Origin: Candidatus Saccharimonadota bacterium
Lineage (GTDB): Bacteria; Patescibacteriota; Saccharimonadia; Saccharimonadales; UBA4665
NCBI GenBank assembly: GCA_016699955.1
Contig: CP064993.1
Coordinates: forward strand, 1,020,001 to 1,052,000
Direction: 5' to 3'
DNA length: 32,000 bases
Position 1 is the stretch's first letter; each line of letters begins with the position of its first letter. Positions 16,200 through 24,260 of the stretch are shown here, piece after piece. Below the pieces are notes generated by a model. The model made no database searches. It was not told the origin of the DNA and saw only the letters and a program-made list of their open reading frames with translations. Position numbers and translations under genes: made by a program.

Positions 16200-18740
16200 C
16201 AGTTCCAGCCGGAGAGGTATGAGCTTTTTATTCGGTTGGACGAGGGAAAAATGCTGTTTTCTGGGCAAGTTATCATAACCGGCAAAAAGGTTGGGCGACC
16301 AAGCCAGCGACTAACGTTTCATGCAAATGGGGTAAAAGTTACCTCTGGAAAAATCGTACTCCGTGACAAAAAAGGCGAAACCGAGCTACCGCTTAAGCGT
16401 ATCAATCACCAAAAACTTCTGCAAGAAGTACGTCTCCACACCCAAGGTATGGCGTACCCGGGCGAATACACTGTCACCATGGACTTTGAAGGAAAAATTA
16501 CCAACGGCATGACCGGGATATACCCATGTTACTGGAAAGACTCTGCGGGCAAAGAACAGAAACTAATTGCCACACAGTTCGAGAGCCATCATGCCCGCGA
16601 GGCCTTCCCGTGCATTGACGAACCAGAAGCAAAAGCAGTGTTTAAGCTGTCGCTCGATGTTCGTTCTGGCGTAAAGGTCCTCAGCAATATGCCCGCTCAG
16701 GAAGCCACCGTACAGGGTGAGAGTCAATTTGTACATTTTGACACAACACCGCGCATGAGCACTTACCTTCTTGCGTTTGTAACTGGCGACCTGCATAAAA
16801 AAACCTCTAAAACAAAGTCCGGTGTAGAGGTAAACGCGTGGGCAACCTCAGTACAGCCCGTACAATCCTTGGAATTTGCACTAGACGCTGCCACCCGTAG
16901 CATTGAATATTTTGAAGATTATTTTGGCGTACCCTACCCGCTACCTAAAGCTGACCATGTCGCCCTTCCAGACTTTAGCAGTGGTGCGATGGAAAACTGG
17001 GGGCTCATAACCTACCGCGAACGCGTTTTACTCGACTACCCAGGTGAAACAAGTCAATCTACTCGGGAGTACATTGCCCTTGTCGTCGCTCACGAAACAA
17101 GTCACCAGTGGTTTGGCAATCTAGTCACCATGCGATGGTGGGATGACCTTTGGCTAAACGAATCATTTGCAAACATGATGGAGTATCAGGCAGTTGATGC
17201 AATGTTCCCGGAGTGGCACGTGTGGAATCAGTTTATTGCTAGCGAGGGTCTTGCGGCGTTTCGACGCGATGCAACGCACGGAGTTCAGTCGGTGCATGTC
17301 GACGTCCACCACCCCGACGAAATAAGTACCCTTTTTGACGGCAGCATCGTGTATGCCAAAGGTGGCAGACTGCTGTATATGATGAAAAACTACATCGGCG
17401 AGGCGGCATTTCAAAAAGGATTAAGTAGCTATTTCAACACGCATGCCTATAAAAACACGACCGGTGATGACCTCTGGGCAGCACTCAGTAAGGCCAGCGG
17501 CAAAGATGTCGGAGCATTTATGACGCCTTGGCTAACCCGCTCTGGATTCCCGGTTGTGCATGTAGCGCAAAATGGCAAAGAAGTAGAACTTACCCAAGAA
17601 CAGTTCCTAGATGACCCAGCTAAAGCCGACAAAACACGTTTTTGGCCTATTCCACTTTTTGCAAATGAGCTTAAAGCGCCAGAGGAATTTTCGGCATCCC
17701 AGGTAAAGTACAGTCTGGAACAAGCTCGTCCGCTTATATTAAACGTTGGCGCTAAAGGTCACTATCTTGTAGATTACCGAAACGAGCAAACTAGCCAGCA
17801 TGTCGTTTCTTTGGTGAGAAGCCAAACCCTTGCTGAGCCCGACCGGCTTATGCTCTTAAGTGGAAGTGCCATGCTTGCCCGGGCTGGGTATCAAAGTTAC
17901 GCCGAGACCCTCAAGCTGCTCGGTGCCTACGCGGACGAAACAAGTGAACCCGTTTGGGATATCATGGCGTTAGTCGCAAGTGAGGTGCGACGGTTTATTG
18001 ACTTAGATGAATCACTTGAACCAAAACTAAAGGCCATGAGCAGCGCGTTAGTCCAAAAACAACTTAAACGTCTGGGCTGGGATGAAAAACCTGGCGAATC
18101 GGCCGCCGACACCAAACTGCGCAGTCTTATCTTGGGTCTCGGCGTTTACGGTGAGGATGAGTCAGTCTTAGCAACAGCTCGCAAGCAGTTTGCGGCATAC
18201 AAAAAAAACCCAAGCACCGTACCAGCCGAGCTCCGTGCACTTGTCATGTCCGTGCCAGTAAAAGAAGGTGATGCAGCAGCCATAGAATTCTTGCTAACGC
18301 TTCACGACGCTACACAGAACAGCGAGCTCCGCGGAGACGCCTGCGACGGCCTTACCGCCACGCATAGTCCGGCTGTTGCCGAAAGATTACTTACTCGCCT
18401 CAAAAACGGCAAGCTTACTAAACCACAAGATGTTGATCGGTGGCTGATTTATCTACTTCGCAACCGCTACACGCGCGACACAGCCTGGCAGTGGATGGTC
18501 AATGAGTGGGCGTGGTTGCAACAAACCTTTGAAAACGACAAATCGTACGATTACCTTCCTCGTTACGCCGCAACGGTAGTGAACACGCGCGAATATGAGC
18601 AGAAATACCACGACTTTTTCGAAAGCAAGTTAGACCAACCCATGCTCAAGCGCAACATCAGCATTGGTTACGAGGAAATTAGCGCTCGTCTCACCTGGCT
18701 CACCCGCGATCTCCCGGCCATTCAGAAGTTCTTTAGCTGA
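16170..18740 (+). CDS. pepN: Aminopeptidase N (M1 family zinc metallopeptidase)
   Basis: 856 aa. Exopeptidase motif GAMENWG, zinc site HETSHQWFGNLVTMRWWDDLWLNESFA (HExxH-X18-E), ERAP1-like C-terminal domain. Confidence 0.95.
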   Translation: MSKSVTLLYKQFQPERYELFIRLDEGKMLFSGQVIITGKKVGRPSQRLTFHANGVKVTSGKIVLRDKKGETELPLKRINHQKLLQEVRLHTQGMAYPGEYTVTMDFEGKITNGMTGIYPCYWKDSAGKEQKLIATQFESHHAREAFPCIDEPEAKAVFKLSLDVRSGVKVLSNMPAQEATVQGESQFVHFDTTPRMSTYLLAFVTGDLHKKTSKTKSGVEVNAWATSVQPVQSLEFALDAATRSIEYFEDYFGVPYPLPKADHVALPDFSSGAMENWGLITYRERVLLDYPGETSQSTREYIALVVAHETSHQWFGNLVTMRWWDDLWLNESFANMMEYQAVDAMFPEWHVWNQFIASEGLAAFRRDATHGVQSVHVDVHHPDEISTLFDGSIVYAKGGRLLYMMKNYIGEAAFQKGLSSYFNTHAYKNTTGDDLWAALSKASGKDVGAFMTPWLTRSGFPVVHVAQNGKEVELTQEQFLDDPAKADKTRFWPIPLFANELKAPEEFSASQVKYSLEQARPLILNVGAKGHYLVDYRNEQTSQHVVSLVRSQTLAEPDRLMLLSGSAMLARAGYQSYAETLKLLGAYADETSEPVWDIMALVASEVRRFIDLDESLEPKLKAMSSALVQKQLKRLGWDEKPGESAADTKLRSLILGLGVYGEDESVLATARKQFAAYKKNPSTVPAELRALVMSVPVKEGDAAAIEFLLTLHDATQNSELRGDACDGLTATHSPAVAERLLTRLKNGKLTKPQDVDRWLIYLLRNRYTRDTAWQWMVNEWAWLQQTFENDKSYDYLPRYAATVVNTREYEQKYHDFFESKLDQPMLKRNISIGYEEISARLTWLTRDLPAIQKFFS

Positions 18741-19086
18741 TATTTTCTATACAGTTCGTGACGGCATATTCAGATTCTTTTTGCGTGAGCGACATGTATA
18801 ATTGGCAGGAAAGCTCATTTGTTGAAGTTTTTGGGAAGTTATGTACTCCAGGCAGCGGCCTTGGCGTTCAGTTTTGCGATGTTTGACTTCAAAAAATACC
18901 AGTGGACCAGGACGACAAAAGCGCGGGCGTTTTTGAGCAACAATGTCTCATAAATCATTTCTACTCGTTGAAATAAACTAAAGGCTAGAAGACAAAAACC
19001 ACCCCATAGGCTTCGCTCTCGCTAACCTAAGGCCTGCAGGCGCTACCAGTGGTACTTGCGCAAAGGCTGGGTTGAAAAATGAATGT

Positions 19087-19749
19087 TCACTGCTCCAGGC
19101 TACGGGGTATCAATGCTCTAATGGGTGCAAAAGATGTCCTATGTTCGTCCGTGACGCCATGTTTCTTGAGAGCGGCTGCATGTGCGGCTGTACCGTAACC
19201 AACATGTTTTTCGAATAGGTATTCTGGGTATTTTATTGCCAGCTCGCACATGTATGTGTCACGCGCAACTTTTGCAATAATGCTAGCCGCGCTCACCGCC
19301 GGCACCTTGTCATCTGCCCCAACCATTGTCCTTACGTTGTGATAGGTTAGACCTCGTACATCATTTTTGCTATTTCTTACTCCTTGCGGGTTATGTGCGA
19401 GGTCTAACCTTTCACAATTTGCGAGAAAGTTGTAGTTGCCGTCTATGATGATTTCGTCGTACTCGGGGCAGGTTTTATTAAGTTCATTCATAGCGCGGAG
19501 CATGGCAAGTTGAACCGATTGTGTTAGCCCGAGTGAGTCTATTTCACTTGGGGCAACCCAGCCAACACCGTAGGCCTTAACCTGGGAACGGATATCGCTA
19601 TCAAGCCGCTCCCGCTGCTTTTTGCTTAATTTCTTACTGTCACGTAGGCCTGTGACTATGTCCTGCTGGTCATTCATCGCCACCGCCGCAGCTACCAATG
19701 GTCCAGCCCAACAGCCCCGCCCTACTTCGTCGAGTCCGACCGTAACCAT
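19087..19749 (-). CDS. rnhB: Ribonuclease HII
   Basis: 220 aa. GLDEVGRGCWAGPLVAAAV catalytic N-terminus and DSKKLS motif. Confidence 0.95.
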   Translation of the reverse strand: MVTVGLDEVGRGCWAGPLVAAAVAMNDQQDIVTGLRDSKKLSKKQRERLDSDIRSQVKAYGVGWVAPSEIDSLGLTQSVQLAMLRAMNELNKTCPEYDEIIIDGNYNFLANCERLDLAHNPQGVRNSKNDVRGLTYHNVRTMVGADDKVPAVSAASIIAKVARDTYMCELAIKYPEYLFEKHVGYGTAAHAAALKKHGVTDEHRTSFAPIRALIPRSLEQ

Positions 19750-20183
19750 GAGATACCTTTATAGAATATATAAAATACGAGGGCACCAGTTGTATTTGCG
19801 ACTAAATCCCATGACGTGTCAGTTATTCCGGCGGGCATCAGACCCAACCAAAAAAGTACGACCTCAAACAGCTCATTTGCCACGCCCAGCGTACAAACGA
19901 GTGCAAATAATGTTGCCAGTTCCGCAGCTGGGCTTATGCGTCGCAGTTGAGTTCGCAAAATATAAACCCAGAGAAAGCCCGTAAAAAGGCCACCACCGAT
20001 GAAGTGGGTCATGTACTGCGTTTGTTCACCATGTACAAGTGGTGATTTAACAAAATACGACACAAAAAATAACCCGCACGCAACTAGCAACAACCAACGC
20101 TCCCGAGGATGAGAACCAAGTAACTTCTCTGCAGTTACATACACGACGAGCGGTACGATTACCGAAACAGCAAAACTGAGCAT
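19722..20183 (-). CDS. Hypothetical integral membrane protein (about 4 TM segments)
   Basis: The ORF track starts at GTG 20189. I prefer ATG 20183 (MLSFAVSVIVPLVVY...) because TATACT lies 7 nt upstream of it. The 3' end overlaps the rnhB start by 28 nt. Confidence 0.6.
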   Translation of the reverse strand: MLSFAVSVIVPLVVYVTAEKLLGSHPRERWLLLVACGLFFVSYFVKSPLVHGEQTQYMTHFIGGGLFTGFLWVYILRTQLRRISPAAELATLFALVCTLGVANELFEVVLFWLGLMPAGITDTSWDLVANTTGALVFYIFYKGISWLRSDSTK

Positions 20184-20190
20184 AAACACT

Positions 20191-20196
20191 AGTATA
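20191..20196 (-). promoter_or_regulatory. Candidate -10 box TATACT, 7 nt upstream of ATG 20183 (leaderless architecture)
   Basis: Minus strand reads TATACT agtgttt ATG. Confidence 0.4.
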
Positions 20197-20204
20197 CGCG
20201 ACTT

Positions 20205-20235
20205 ACAAAAGAACTCCCGGTTTTACCCGGGAGTT
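20205..20235 (-). terminator. Rho-independent terminator downstream of rplS
   Basis: 9-bp stem AACTCCCGG / CCGGGAGTT (20212-20220 / 20227-20235) with a 6-nt loop, followed on the minus strand by cTTTTgt. It lies 21 nt after the rplS stop. Confidence 0.6.
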
Positions 20236-20255
20236 TTCGTTATCGGACAGAGATG

Positions 20256-20786
20256 TTACTTGGTTTCGGTTTCTGCGGCTTTATGGGCAGCTTCGACTTC
20301 AGCCTGCTTCTTTGCCAACTCGGCTTCTTCGGCTGCTTTTTCTGCTGCCTTGGCCTCAGCCTCGCGCGCAGCTGCTTCTTTTGCTTCTGCTTCTACTTTT
20401 TCTGCTTCAAGGTCACGAATGTCGTTCACTGCTTGACGGTCAAAATCGACGCCAGTCAGTCGAGCAGATTTACCAGTTAGACTACGCATGTAGCTAAGGT
20501 TATTACGGCGCACCTTGCTCCGCTTTGTAACTTCTATCTTTAGCACGAGTGGGCTGTGTAGCAAAAAGCTCTTTTCAACCCCAATACCACTAGCAATACG
20601 CCGAACGGTTATACGGCTTGTGTGGCTTTCACGACGGTCGCACCTGATGACAAGACCTTGAAAGATCTGGACACGTTCTTTGGTGCCTTCTTTGATTTTT
20701 TGGTGGACTTTGACGGTGTCTCCAGAGCGCACGTCTACCACTGCGCCCTTCTTGAAGGATGCTTCAAGCTCTTTGATGTATTCCAT
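20256..20786 (-). CDS. rplS: 50S ribosomal protein L19 with ~65-aa Ala/Glu/Lys-rich C-terminal extension
   Basis: 176 aa. The L19 core runs from RSGDTVKVHQKIKEGTKERVQIFQGLVI through RRIASGIGVEKSFLLHSPLV to LTGKSARL. Tail: EAEKVEAEAKEAAAREAEAKAAEKAAEEAELAKKQAEVEAAHKAAETETK. Confidence 0.95.
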   Translation of the reverse strand: MEYIKELEASFKKGAVVDVRSGDTVKVHQKIKEGTKERVQIFQGLVIRCDRRESHTSRITVRRIASGIGVEKSFLLHSPLVLKIEVTKRSKVRRNNLSYMRSLTGKSARLTGVDFDRQAVNDIRDLEAEKVEAEAKEAAAREAEAKAAEKAAEEAELAKKQAEVEAAHKAAETETK

Positions 20787-20795
20787 ATCCGTAAA

Positions 20796-20824
20796 ATTGT
20801 AACCTATTCTACCCCTGAAAGCAA
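20796..20824 (-). promoter_or_regulatory. Candidate rplS promoter TTGCTT-N17-TACAAT, with the -10 box 9 nt before the ATG
   Basis: Minus strand reads TTGCTT tcaggggtagaataggt TACAAT tttacggat ATG. No SD. Confidence 0.5.
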
Positions 20825-20871
20825 CATTTATCTCAACTTATCGTTGTGGGGACGTGTCGAGCAAGAAACAT

Positions 20872-22506
20872 CTACCCGACGACGCGGTAAACTTCGTCTA
20901 GGGTGGTAGTGCCTGCTACGACTTGGAGTATGGCGTCTTGCAACATTGTCCGCATGCCACTTTTTACAGCGGCGTCTTCAATTTCCTGGGCATATAAGGC
21001 ATGGTCATGAGTTTCAAGCAGCTGGCGGATTTCGCCAGTCATGATAAATTGTTCGCGAACAGCAATCTGACCCTTAAAGCCGTACGGGTTATCAGCAGTG
21101 GGGGTTGGTTTGTACAACATAAGCCCTTGCAGACTTGGTCGCTCCACGTTGTAGGGCATGGTATCAAGGACTTTCTGTATGTTTTGTAGCTCTAATGGGC
21201 TCGGACTATAAGGCTGCTTTGTGCTGTCGTCTAGCTTGCGAATAAGCCGCTGAGCCATAACCAAACGAATAGCCGAAACAAATAATGGGTTTGAGCCAAT
21301 GATATCACCGAGACGAGTCAGTGCAGCGGAGGCCGATGAAGCATGGAACGTTGCGAGCACGAGGTGGCCGGTCAGGCTCGCTTGAAGTGCGGTTTTTGCA
21401 GTGTCGTTATCACGAATCTCGCCAACCATGACAATATCGGGATCGAGTCGCAAGATGGCGCGAAGTTTATCGGCGAATGAGCCGTCGTTACCACTTTCGT
21501 TTGTCTTGACCGGGATTTGGGTAATACCTTCAAATTGGTACTCAACCGGGTCTTCCACGGTAATAATTTTTCGTTCATCAGATGCAAGACTATTTAGCAT
21601 TGAGTAGAGCGTTGTTGTCTTACCAGAGCCGGTCGGCCCGACAACTAGGACAAGTCCGCTCGGTTTATTTATAATTTCATCGACCACTCGACGATGGTCA
21701 GGGAGCAATCCCAGCCGGTCGAGGCTATACATTGCCCTTTCCATGTTGAACAAGCGCATAACAACATCCATGCCATGTATGGTTGGCACAGTTTCAAGCC
21801 GCACGTTGACGTCCACTTCTGTTTGGTCTGCCATTTTGACTTTTTGCGCTATGTGTCCTTGCTGCGCGTAGTCGGCGCTGGTACTGACATTACCCGCACT
21901 GGCGATGGCCCCAATCAACACACGGTACTTATCTGGCTCAAGGCGGGCCACAAGGTGTAGAACACCGTCTATGCGTAGCCGTATGCGGGCGTCATTTACC
22001 TGGGTTTCAAGATGTATGTCACTGGCGTTAAGACGATGGGCTTGCGAGACTAAATATGCCAGCATGTCGTCTGCTCGTACCTGTTGCAACATGTCTGAAA
22101 CTTCGGCCACAAGCTGCGCGCTGCCTTCGTTTTTTATGGCTATGTCCTGATACACAACCTGTTTCGGTGGGTCATATAGACTCATATAGTCTCTGAAGCC
22201 CGCCTCAGAAATTAAACTAAAGACAACTTTTTGGTCAGAAAAATGACTGATGACGGCATTCATGGTTTGCTGTGATGTCGTCGTTGTGATACCAAAATGT
22301 ATATTGCTACGATCGGCCTGAACAGGGATAATGCGATACTGTTTCATCTGCTCAATGGTAAGAATATCTTTAAAAAGCGGTTTTTCAACCTGCTGTGATG
22401 TGTCCACGTACCCCACGTGCAGCACTTCGGCGCGGCGCAACGTTGAGCGCTCTTCTTCGCGGCGCACGTCTTCGTTATCGGTATTTGTTGAAAAATCCCC
22501 ACTCAT
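20872..22506 (-). CDS. pilB: Type IV pilus / type II secretion assembly ATPase (PilB/GspE family)
   Basis: 544 aa. Walker A GPTGSGKTTTL, Asp box ITVEDPVEYQ, Walker B DPDIVMVGEIRD, His box TGHLVLATFH, N-terminal T2SSE_N-like region. The protein contains no cysteine. Confidence 0.85.
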   Translation of the reverse strand: MSGDFSTNTDNEDVRREEERSTLRRAEVLHVGYVDTSQQVEKPLFKDILTIEQMKQYRIIPVQADRSNIHFGITTTTSQQTMNAVISHFSDQKVVFSLISEAGFRDYMSLYDPPKQVVYQDIAIKNEGSAQLVAEVSDMLQQVRADDMLAYLVSQAHRLNASDIHLETQVNDARIRLRIDGVLHLVARLEPDKYRVLIGAIASAGNVSTSADYAQQGHIAQKVKMADQTEVDVNVRLETVPTIHGMDVVMRLFNMERAMYSLDRLGLLPDHRRVVDEIINKPSGLVLVVGPTGSGKTTTLYSMLNSLASDERKIITVEDPVEYQFEGITQIPVKTNESGNDGSFADKLRAILRLDPDIVMVGEIRDNDTAKTALQASLTGHLVLATFHASSASAALTRLGDIIGSNPLFVSAIRLVMAQRLIRKLDDSTKQPYSPSPLELQNIQKVLDTMPYNVERPSLQGLMLYKPTPTADNPYGFKGQIAVREQFIMTGEIRQLLETHDHALYAQEIEDAAVKSGMRTMLQDAILQVVAGTTTLDEVYRVVG

Positions 22507-22516
22507 CTTGCTATCT

Positions 22517-22522
22517 ATTATA
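22517..22522 (-). promoter_or_regulatory. Candidate -10 box TATAAT, 10 nt upstream of the pilB ATG
   Basis: Minus strand reads TATAAT agatagcaag ATG. No SD. Confidence 0.4.
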
Positions 22523-22556
22523 GCTGCTTGTGCTATGAGAAGAAAGCCCGTGGTTA

Positions 22557-23102
22557 ATGGAGTATGATGAGAAGAGAATGAAGCACGAAAAACAGGTACA
22601 GCGTAAAATTGTCTTGATTGTCCATGATATACGCAGCACCCACAATGTTGGCAGTCTACTCAGGACTGCGGACTGCTTGGGAGTAGACGAAGTCTACCTC
22701 ACGGGCTACACACCGTACCCCAAGCACGAACACGACGAGCGCTTGCCGCATATTAGCGCTAAGCTCACATCACAGATACACAAAACAGCGCTGGGCGCGG
22801 AGACATTTGTGCGCTGGAAGCACAGCACCAGCGTGACATTTACTATATCCAAGCTGCGCCGCGCTGGTTACTCTGTCGTAGCACTCGAGCAGACAGCAGA
22901 AAGCACGTCAATTTTGTCTTGGATGCCTTCGGATAAGATAGCAATTTTACTTGGTCGTGAGGTAGAAGGCATCGATCCCTCACTGCTAAAACTGTGCGAA
23001 TACGCCGTACAAATTCCGAATTTAGGTCAAAAAGAATCACTTAATGTTGTACAAGCCGCAGCGATTGCTCTCTATCAAGCCCGTTTTGCAGTAAGCCAGT
23101 AA
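22557..23102 (+). CDS. SpoU/TrmH-family RNA 2'-O-methyltransferase
   Basis: 181 aa. SPOUT motifs HNVGSLLRTADCLGV, LLGREVEGI, IPNLGQKESLNVVQAAAIALYQ. In-frame alternative ATGs at 22563 and 22578. Confidence 0.8.
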   Translation: MEYDEKRMKHEKQVQRKIVLIVHDIRSTHNVGSLLRTADCLGVDEVYLTGYTPYPKHEHDERLPHISAKLTSQIHKTALGAETFVRWKHSTSVTFTISKLRRAGYSVVALEQTAESTSILSWMPSDKIAILLGREVEGIDPSLLKLCEYAVQIPNLGQKESLNVVQAAAIALYQARFAVSQ

Positions 23103-23105
23103 ACG

Positions 23106-23114
23106 TGCTATACT
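23106..23114 (+). promoter_or_regulatory. Candidate extended -10 promoter TGcTATACT for the CAP-domain gene
   Basis: TGCTATACT lies 24 nt upstream of ATG 23139 and is identical to the 9-mer at 5181-5189. Confidence 0.45.
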
Positions 23115-23138
23115 ACTAGCGCTTACTAAACAATACAC

Positions 23139-24224
23139 ATGACACTAACCAAAACAAAACCGCATCGACCAAGCGTTGCCCACCGAAAACGCACGGCACA
23201 ACACCATAGCCGGAGCAGCCGCTACCGACAGCCTTACTGGCCGTACATACCGATTGCCATCATAATGATGCTCGGGCTTGTCTGCAACAACTGGTTGTCG
23301 GTATCTGGTCGAAATGTTCTCGGTTATGCAACAGACATGAGCGCCTACGGGTTACTGAGCGGTACGAATGCTGAACGTACTGCCCATAGTTTAGGCAGCC
23401 TGGCCCTCAGCGGCACCCTTAACCAAGCCGCTCAAAATAAAGCCAACGACATGGTGACGCGCGATTACTGGTCACACAATACCCCCGACGGTCAGGCACC
23501 TTGGACGTTCATTACCGCAGTAGGTTATGGATACCAAACGGCCGGCGAAAACCTTGCCTACGGCTTCACAGCTGCATCAGAAACCATTACGGGATGGATG
23601 AATAGCCCCGGGCATCGGGCAAACATCTTAAATACGTCATTTAGTGAGGTCGGGTTTGGGATAGCAAACTCACCAAATTATGTTGGCAGCGGGCCGCAAA
23701 CAGTGGTTGTAGCCATGTACGCTTTGCCAGCGGGCGGGACAGCTCCAGTTGCACCAGTTTCACCGGCACCTGCGGCACCTGCCGTACCTGCGCCAGCGCC
23801 AAAGCCTACACCCGCCAACCCTGCATCGGGCAGTTCAGGTGGTGGGACAGAACCAGCCAGCCCAGCAGTGCCATCGACGGAAGAAACACCCACGCCAGAA
23901 CCAACGCCACAAGCCGTAGCCGCGCCCGCAACAAAGCAGGGCGACTCAGACATTGTTGCCAAATCGGCAGATTCAATAGCACCTTCAAGCGTCAGTCGGG
24001 TTGAAGTGCTTTCTGCCAGCAATGTCGCGTGGAGCCAATTTGCGGTCAGCATGCTTGCTTCAGTTGCGCTGCTTGCGTTTTTACTCAGGCATAGTTTTGC
24101 TTGGCACAAAGTCATCGTAAAAGGTGAGAAATTCCTTCTGCATCACCAACAGCTCGACATTTTATTTGTTGCCGTGGCTACACTTGGGTTTATACTGCTA
24201 CAAACATCCGGAACCATCCGCTAA
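23139..24224 (+). CDS. CAP/SCP (YkwD-like) domain protein with N-terminal TM anchor, Pro/Ala-rich linker and C-terminal TM segments
   Basis: 361 aa. CAP-domain signature YWSHNTPDG...GENLAYGF...GWMNSPGHRANIL...VGFGIA. Linker PAPAAPAVPAPAPKPTPANP. Hydrophobic C-terminus. Confidence 0.8.
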   Translation: MTLTKTKPHRPSVAHRKRTAQHHSRSSRYRQPYWPYIPIAIIMMLGLVCNNWLSVSGRNVLGYATDMSAYGLLSGTNAERTAHSLGSLALSGTLNQAAQNKANDMVTRDYWSHNTPDGQAPWTFITAVGYGYQTAGENLAYGFTAASETITGWMNSPGHRANILNTSFSEVGFGIANSPNYVGSGPQTVVVAMYALPAGGTAPVAPVSPAPAAPAVPAPAPKPTPANPASGSSGGGTEPASPAVPSTEETPTPEPTPQAVAAPATKQGDSDIVAKSADSIAPSSVSRVEVLSASNVAWSQFAVSMLASVALLAFLLRHSFAWHKVIVKGEKFLLHHQQLDILFVAVATLGFILLQTSGTIR

Positions 24225-24260
24225 ACTTGCCAGTTACCAAAAAACAAAACTCGGCAGCCG

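Noticed and set aside
18741-19086. tRNA or decayed yraN-like gene downstream of rnhB
   Set aside because: No T-loop (GTTCGAATC-like) or acceptor pairing was found. Minus-strand translations show only vague resemblance (VVFVF, short fragments with stops in every frame), which is not enough to call a pseudogene.
23678-24115. 145-aa minus-strand ORF
   Set aside because: Antisense to the Pro/Ala-rich linker of the CAP-domain gene. Low-complexity GC-rich DNA keeps several frames open, so this is not independent evidence of a gene.
24225-24260. Possible bidirectional terminator between the CAP gene and dnaE
   Set aside because: The candidate stem (CTTGCCAGTT / AACTCGGCAG) needs a bulge and a 13-nt A-rich loop and lacks a U-run on either strand. 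It is too weak to call.
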